Made by a program: the position numbers and the translations under genes. The notes beneath the pieces are model-generated. The model ran no database searches. It saw only the letters and a list, made by a program, of their open reading frames with translations, and was not told the DNA's origin. A stretch of 3,479 bases of DNA from Escherichia phage Phi05_1999 B. Of this stretch, positions 1-3,479 are shown piece by piece. Within the stretch, counting starts at the first letter, position 1; the number at the start of each line of letters is the position of its first letter. Location: the sequence record KM389437.1. One strand, 5' to 3'.

Positions 1-56
1 AGAGGAAGAGGAAGAGGAAGATATATATAAAACCCCACACATAGCGCACGTGCGCG
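1..56. other. Possible right arm of a phage replication origin embedded in the O gene: GAGGAA x3 tandem hexamer (2-19), (AT)n/A-rich run (20-34), perfect 12-bp palindrome GCGCACGTGCGC (44-55)
   Basis: Repeats and palindrome read directly from the sequence. In lambda the origin lies inside O as iterons, then an AT-rich region, then a palindrome. The iterons would lie upstream of the window and are not visible. Confidence 0.35.
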
Positions 57-442
57 AGGGTGCTCCGACCAGTGAAGCGAACGGTATGCCGTTGCAGGTG
101 GCTGAACCTGAATTTCTGGATGGCCTGAGTGAACCCATCGGGAAATTTCCGATGACCGATGGCTGGCTACCGTCGCCAGATTTTCGGCGGCGTGCTGCGC
201 TGTGGGGAACGGCCCTGCCGGAACCGGAATTTACACCTGCTGAACTTGCTGCATTCCGGGATTACTGGATGGCTGAGGGCAAAGTGTTCACGCAGGTTCA
301 GTGGGAACAAAAATTCGCCAGGCACGTAAATCATATCAGGGGAAAATCAAAAAATGCCGGGAAAAGCGATGAGCTTGACTGGAATAACACTGACTGGATA
401 GAAGGGGTGTGGGATGAAATCAACTCCAGAACTTCTCAATGA
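2..442 (+). CDS. O: Replication initiation protein O-like, C-terminal (P-interacting) portion; 5' end lies outside the window
   Basis: The frame of the 50..442 ORF stays open back to position 2 (EEEEEEDIYKTPHIAHV-REGAPT...), so the GTG at 50 is internal and the gene is truncated by the window edge. The C-terminal end (...SDELDWNNTDWIEGVWDE) resembles the lambda O C-terminus (...LDLTNTDWIYGVDL, from memory). Position immediately upstream of and overlapping a P-like gene matches lambda O-P order. Stop TGA 440-442. Confidence 0.75.
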   Translation, partial: EEEEEEDIYKTPHIAHVREGAPTSEANGMPLQVAEPEFLDGLSEPIGKFPMTDGWLPSPDFRRRAALWGTALPEPEFTPAELAAFRDYWMAEGKVFTQVQWEQKFARHVNHIRGKSKNAGKSDELDWNNTDWIEGVWDEINSRTSQ

Positions 443-1190
443 GTACGATCGCTTACGTGAGCATGGTGTTGCTGTGCATGAAGAGCGGCGGGACTGCAAT
501 GGCAAAAAGGAGCAGGTTGCTAGAATTTTCAATGAACTATTTGTCCAGTTACAGGCTGCATTTCCTGCAAGCGTTTCGACCATAAGGGAGCAGAACAAAC
601 TTAATGAATTCCGTAAGCAATGGATGCTTGCGTTTCTGGAGAATGGGATCACTACAATGGAACAGGTTAACGCTGGTATGCGCCACGCCCGCGCCAGTGA
701 ATCTCCGTTCTGGCCGTCGCCAGGGCAATTTATCAAGTGGTGTAAAGACAGCAAGATGGTTCTTGGCGTCACCATTGACGATGTGATGGCGGAGTTTCAC
801 CGGTACAGCAAGGAAAAAAGTTTATATCCTGGTGGTCCCGAAAGATTCCCGTGGCGGCATCCGGTTATGTACTGGGTCGTATGTGATACCCGCCGTGCAA
901 TGTATCAGCGCCAGCTTAGCGAGATTGAGGTTGAGAAACACGCGCGCAGGCTGCTCGATGATTGGGCGAAAAAGGTGGCTTCCGGACAGCAGATACCCGA
1001 TCCGGTGATCAGCATACAGGCAAAGCCAGAACCCATGAGTACACCTCCGGACACAGGGAGAGACGTTTACCATCCACCAGGGCGAAGTTTCGGGTGCATG
1101 CCTAACGCCGCCACCCTGGGGGGAATAACACCGGCGCAGTGGCTGATGGAGGAGTACAGGCGGGGAAAGGCAGCAGGATTTATCAAGTAA
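414..1190 (+). CDS. P: Replication protein P-like (DnaB helicase loader), 258 aa
   Basis: Translation aligns by eye with lambda P from memory: here LFVQLQAAFPASVSTIREQNKLNEFRKQWMLAFLENGITTMEQVNAGMRHARASESPFWPSPGQFIKWC versus lambda VFSQLLATFPASLANRDQNEVNEIRRQWVLAFRENGITTMEQVNAGMRVARRQNRPFLPSPGQFVAWC. N-terminal length before this block is the same. SD AAGGGG (402-407) lies 6 nt upstream of ATG 414. Start overlaps the O stop by 29 nt. Stop TAA 1188-1190. Confidence 0.88.
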   Translation: MKSTPELLNEYDRLREHGVAVHEERRDCNGKKEQVARIFNELFVQLQAAFPASVSTIREQNKLNEFRKQWMLAFLENGITTMEQVNAGMRHARASESPFWPSPGQFIKWCKDSKMVLGVTIDDVMAEFHRYSKEKSLYPGGPERFPWRHPVMYWVVCDTRRAMYQRQLSEIEVEKHARRLLDDWAKKVASGQQIPDPVISIQAKPEPMSTPPDTGRDVYHPPGRSFGCMPNAATLGGITPAQWLMEEYRRGKAAGFIK

Positions 1191-1195
1191 TACCA

Positions 1196-1215
1196 GCGCG
1201 ATAGCGCATTTTTTT
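1196..1215 (+). terminator. Weak intrinsic-terminator-like hairpin, GCGC-GATA-GCGC followed by A + T7 (tR2-like position after P)
   Basis: 4-bp all-GC stem (1196-1199 / 1204-1207), 4-nt loop, then T-run 1209-1215, located 6 nt after the P stop. The stem is short, so termination would be partial at best. Lambda has tR2 downstream of P. Confidence 0.3.
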
Positions 1216-1226
1216 ACGTCTCGATA

Positions 1227-1243
1227 ATTACCTGTTAGGTAAT
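1227..1243. promoter_or_regulatory. Perfect 7-3-7 palindrome ATTACCT-gtt-AGGTAAT (candidate operator, copy 1)
   Basis: Arms are exact reverse complements. A second near-identical copy lies 62 bp downstream, centre to centre. Confidence 0.4.
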
Positions 1244-1261
1244 AAAATGTTCTAAAATCTA

Positions 1262-1290
1262 TTGATTTCGTGTCTTATGTGGTTTTTAAT
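1262..1290 (+). promoter_or_regulatory. Sigma70-like promoter candidate: -35 TTGATT (1262-1267), 17-bp spacer, -10 TTTAAT (1285-1290)
   Basis: 4/6 and 5/6 matches to TTGACA / TATAAT with canonical 17-bp spacing. Predicted +1 near 1297, giving a very short leader to ATG 1308. Not verified. Confidence 0.25.
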
Positions 1291-1305
1291 TACCTAAGAG
1301 GTAAA
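1289..1305. promoter_or_regulatory. Near-perfect palindrome ATTACCT-aag-AGGTAAA (candidate operator, copy 2) overlapping the -10 element, predicted +1 and SD of the DUF1064 gene
   Basis: Same half-sites as copy 1 with one mismatch in the outermost position of the right arm. Overlaps SD AAGAGG (1296-1301) of the gene starting at 1308. Confidence 0.4.
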
Positions 1306-1307
1306 TC

Positions 1308-1652
1308 ATGAGAAAACAGATACAGGCTCTTGGTCGACTCAAAACAGGCCAGATGAACAAAACAGAATCTGCGTATTGCCAGCACCTTGAGCTGCGTAAA
1401 CGTGCAGGGGAAATCGCCTGGTATCGATTCGAGGGTATCAAGCTGCGGTTAGCTGACAACACGTTCTATACGCCAGATTTCGCTGTGATGCTCGCCACCG
1501 GAGAGATGGAACTGCACGAAGTGAAAGGTTTCTGGACCGACGACGCCAGGGTGAAAACCAAAGTCGCCGCAGATCAGTATCCGTTCCGAATCATCGGGGT
1601 AACGGTTAAACCAAAGAAAGCAGGTGGCGGCTGGAACATCGAAGAGTTCTGA
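1308..1652 (+). CDS. DUF1064-like protein with PD-(D/E)xK nuclease-like motif, 114 aa
   Basis: SD AAGAGG lies 6 nt upstream of ATG 1308. Translation contains AGEI (res 33-36), YTPDF (res 54-58) and ELHEVKG (res 68-74), i.e. D57 ... E71-x-K73, the spacing of a PD-(D/E)xK core. The overall pattern matches my recollection of the DUF1064 family found near phage replication genes. Stop TGA 1650-1652. Confidence 0.7.
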   Translation: MRKQIQALGRLKTGQMNKTESAYCQHLELRKRAGEIAWYRFEGIKLRLADNTFYTPDFAVMLATGEMELHEVKGFWTDDARVKTKVAADQYPFRIIGVTVKPKKAGGGWNIEEF

Positions 1653-1713
1653 ATCGACGATCTTTTTAGTTATCAATGTAATCAATAAGTTATGTGGATA
1701 AGCGAGGGTAAAG

Positions 1714-2331
1714 ATGGAAAGTAATATCAAAGGGTTAGTTGCCGCCGGGCATGAGATGGCTTCGGAACTGAACGCAGAATGTGGTGCCGTTGATATGCGC
1801 AGTGTGGCAAAGCTGATCAGCGATTTGGCAACGCAACTGGAAGTGCAACTGGTGCGTGCTAATGCGCTGGCAGCGGAGAATGCTGGGCTTAAGGCCTTCA
1901 AAACCGCCGTTTATCAGCAGATGGGCGTCGGATGTGATGCTCCTGAATTCTCCATTACGACAGGTTTGAGTAACTTACGTCGTTTTGCTGACACACTCCA
2001 CGCCATTGAACGTGAGTTCTTTACCAAAGAGCTACCTGATGAAGAGCACGAAGGCGAAACATTCAATGAATGTCCACTTAGCTGGGGAATGAGCGTCGAA
2101 CAGTACGTTTCCGAGTTTCGCAAATGCCTGGCTGAAGTGCGGGCGCAGGGGGTGGATGCTGCTATAGAAGCTGCAAAAAATCTGGTGGCCCAAGAATATG
2201 AGTATAAGGATTTCAAAGCGGCGCAGAGTGATTGCTGTATGCACCCTGGTTCAGACCTGGTAGGGAAGGTTGAAATGACTGAGTGGTTAGTTGACTTTGC
2301 TGCCCAGCTTCGCAAAGGAGGCAACCAGTGA
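1714..2331 (+). CDS. Hypothetical phage protein, 205 aa, acidic, helical N-terminal region
   Basis: SD GAGGG (1704-1708) lies 5 nt upstream of ATG 1714. Long ORF with ordinary amino-acid composition, co-directional with neighbours. Stop TGA 2329-2331 overlaps the next gene's GTG start. No family recognised by eye. Confidence 0.7.
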   Translation: MESNIKGLVAAGHEMASELNAECGAVDMRSVAKLISDLATQLEVQLVRANALAAENAGLKAFKTAVYQQMGVGCDAPEFSITTGLSNLRRFADTLHAIEREFFTKELPDEEHEGETFNECPLSWGMSVEQYVSEFRKCLAEVRAQGVDAAIEAAKNLVAQEYEYKDFKAAQSDCCMHPGSDLVGKVEMTEWLVDFAAQLRKGGNQ

Positions 2332-2627
2332 CTGTATGTCTTATTGATAAACGTCGACGTGGGCAACAAATACCATCTGTTGAAATGCCGAATCACACAT
2401 GGTTTTGCGTACTTGATATCGATGGTATGGATACGTTGGTTGACACTCGTCATTACTGCGATACCGCAACAGCTACTCCGGCGAAAGCAAAGAAAATGGC
2501 TGCTCTGATAGAAAACTGGACTCCACCTGATGGTTGGTGCAATGGGAATGATCGAGATTGGCACGAAAAAATGAAGGGCTATATCTGCGATTTTTTACGT
2601 AAATGCAACGGCTTCAGGGGGATGTGA
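2328..2627 (+). CDS. Hypothetical small Cys/His-rich protein, 99 aa (GTG start)
   Basis: Strong SD AGGAGG (2316-2321) lies 6 nt upstream of GTG 2328, which overlaps the upstream stop as GTGA (translational coupling). Six Cys and three His in 99 aa. An alternative in-frame ATG at 2385 has no SD. Stop TGA 2625-2627. Confidence 0.6.
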   Translation: MTVCLIDKRRRGQQIPSVEMPNHTWFCVLDIDGMDTLVDTRHYCDTATATPAKAKKMAALIENWTPPDGWCNGNDRDWHEKMKGYICDFLRKCNGFRGM

Positions 2628-2628
2628 T

Positions 2629-3201
2629 ATGACCAAAATTAACTATCAGGCACTGCGTGAGGCGGCAGAACGTGCAATTCCGGCAATGGAACGCCTGTTA
2701 ATGTTGCCAGTTGATGATGATTTGTTAAGTGAACAGGAACTTAAGGATTACGGTGTGGATATTGATGCGCTCAACGCCTTCAAATTTCTGACCGGACCAG
2801 AAACCGTGCTGGCGCTGCTGGATGAACGGGAAAGAAACCAGCAATACATCAAACGCCGCGACCAGGAGAACGAGGAAATTGCGCTAACGGTAGGGAAGCT
2901 GCGCGTTGAGCTGGAAGCTGCAGAGAAGCGCATTGCAGAACTGGAAGCCGAACCTGTAAGCCAAACTTACAAGTTGAACGAGCTGTCGGGCAACTATCCG
3001 GTAACTCCGGATGGTTGGATAAGCTGTAGTGAGCGAATGCCCGCTCAAGATGATTGGATTTTAATTTATTCAAAGCACGGCGAGTATATGGCAGGACAGG
3101 TACAAGGGGAATACGTGGAGTTGAGCGACGGCACTTTATCGTGGTTAGGGAACGCCTTGTACTGGATGCCTCTACCGGAACCGCCGCAGGAGGTTAATTG
3201 A
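2629..3201 (+). CDS. Phage protein with N-terminal ALREAAE motif (Ea22-like?), central coiled coil and C-terminal DUF551-like domain, 190 aa
   Basis: SD AGGGGGA (2616-2622) lies 6 nt upstream of ATG 2629, one nt after the upstream stop. Residues 85-108 have a heptad-like VELEAAEKRIAELEAE. The C-terminus PDGWISCSERMP...YWMPLPEPP matches my recollection of the DUF551 signature (W-x-WMPLPEPP). The N-terminus resembles ead/Ea22-like family starts. Family assignments are from memory only. Confidence 0.7.
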   Translation: MTKINYQALREAAERAIPAMERLLMLPVDDDLLSEQELKDYGVDIDALNAFKFLTGPETVLALLDERERNQQYIKRRDQENEEIALTVGKLRVELEAAEKRIAELEAEPVSQTYKLNELSGNYPVTPDGWISCSERMPAQDDWILIYSKHGEYMAGQVQGEYVELSDGTLSWLGNALYWMPLPEPPQEVN

Positions 3202-3395
3202 TGGTCTCCTTCGCGAAATATACGATTATTGACTGGATAGCATTCATTCAGGTTTTGCTCATCTGGTTTTATATGGCTTACAGGAGTGGACAGTGGATTG
3301 TCAGTGTAGCCTGTAGCAATGGATGGCGTTGGTGGAACCGAAAGAATAAAAAAAGCGCTGGCCTTGGCTTCGTTTTACGAAGCATTCAATCTTAA
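3201..3395 (+). CDS. Small Trp-rich single-pass membrane protein, 64 aa
   Basis: Strong SD AGGAGG (3188-3193) lies 7 nt upstream of ATG 3201, which overlaps the upstream TGA (TGATG). Hydrophobic segment IIDWIAFIQVLLIWFYMAY is followed by the basic tail WRWWNRKNKK. Six Trp in 64 aa. The ORF track starts it at TTG 3198, but ATG 3201 is better placed relative to the SD. Stop TAA 3393-3395. Confidence 0.55.
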   Translation: MVSFAKYTIIDWIAFIQVLLIWFYMAYRSGQWIVSVACSNGWRWWNRKNKKSAGLGFVLRSIQS

Positions 3396-3479
3396 CAGTC
3401 TTCAGCCTGGTTCTGTCGTTGTAGTCACCACTCAAAGCGGCATGACGATACAAATTCACAAGCCAAAGGAGGAAGGTCG

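Noticed and set aside
1-20. GAGGAA x3 tandem repeat as a CRISPR array, microsatellite or mobile-element end
   Set aside because: Only three copies of a hexamer, in frame with O and encoding a poly-Glu stretch. No spacer-repeat architecture is present. It is better explained as part of the O linker or origin region.
604-786. + strand 60-aa ORF inside P in another frame
   Set aside because: It is fully nested out of frame within the strongly supported P coding sequence and has no SD.
347-1073. Minus-strand ORFs 347..775, 549..800 and 822..1073
   Set aside because: They lie antisense to the well-supported O and P genes and have no recognisable product. Their translations are low-complexity and rich in Ser, Cys and Arg, as expected for antisense frames.
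1191-1307. A lambda ren homologue or small ORF in the spacer after P
   Set aside because: The 117-bp spacer has no ORF with an SD, and its content is better explained by regulatory elements.
1653-1667. ATCG-a-CGAT palindrome plus T5 after the DUF1064 gene as a terminator
   Set aside because: A 4-bp stem with a 1-nt loop cannot form a stable hairpin. No credible terminator separates the DUF1064 gene from the downstream block.
1654-1682. Possible internal promoter, -35 TCGACG and -10 TGTAAT with 17-bp spacing, ahead of the 205-aa gene
   Set aside because: The match is only moderate and has no supporting features. The gene may simply be co-transcribed from the promoter near 1262-1290, so it was not annotated as a feature.
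1449-2564. Minus-strand ORFs 1449..1901 (150 aa), 1914..2564 (216 aa) and 2032..2244 (70 aa)
   Set aside because: They are antisense to + strand genes that have good SDs and translational coupling. The translations are Ser/Cys/Arg-rich and low-complexity. No RBS is evident.
2748-3073. Minus-strand ORFs 2748..2933 and 2849..3073
   Set aside because: They are antisense to the 190-aa gene and show the Ser/Arg-rich composition typical of antisense artefacts.
3198-3200. TTG start for the last gene as given in the ORF track
   Set aside because: ATG at 3201 is in frame and sits 7 nt after a perfect AGGAGG, so it is the more likely initiation codon.
1-3479. Chi sites (GCTGGTGG) on either strand
   Set aside because: Only near-matches were seen (for example TCTGGTGG and CCTGGTGG). 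No exact octamer was found by eye.

Overview
This window reads as the early-right (replication) region of a lambda-like (lambdoid) phage or prophage, with every credible gene on the + strand. It opens inside a replication-initiator O-like gene (3' part, 2..442), apparently within the origin-like segment embedded in that gene. A lambda P-like helicase-loader gene follows (414..1190), then a 117-bp spacer carrying a weak terminator-like hairpin, a promoter-like element and two copies of a 17-bp palindrome. Downstream are a DUF1064-like gene with a PD-(D/E)xK nuclease motif (1308..1652) and a tightly coupled block of four genes of unknown function (1714..3395). That block occupies the position of lambda ren-nin but shows no NinB, NinG, RusA or Q-like products, so it is the best candidate for uncharacterised accessory cargo. 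No rRNA, tRNA, CRISPR array or insertion sequence is visible. All homology statements come from reading the translations and from memory of the lambda O and P sequences and of domain-family motifs; no database search was run.
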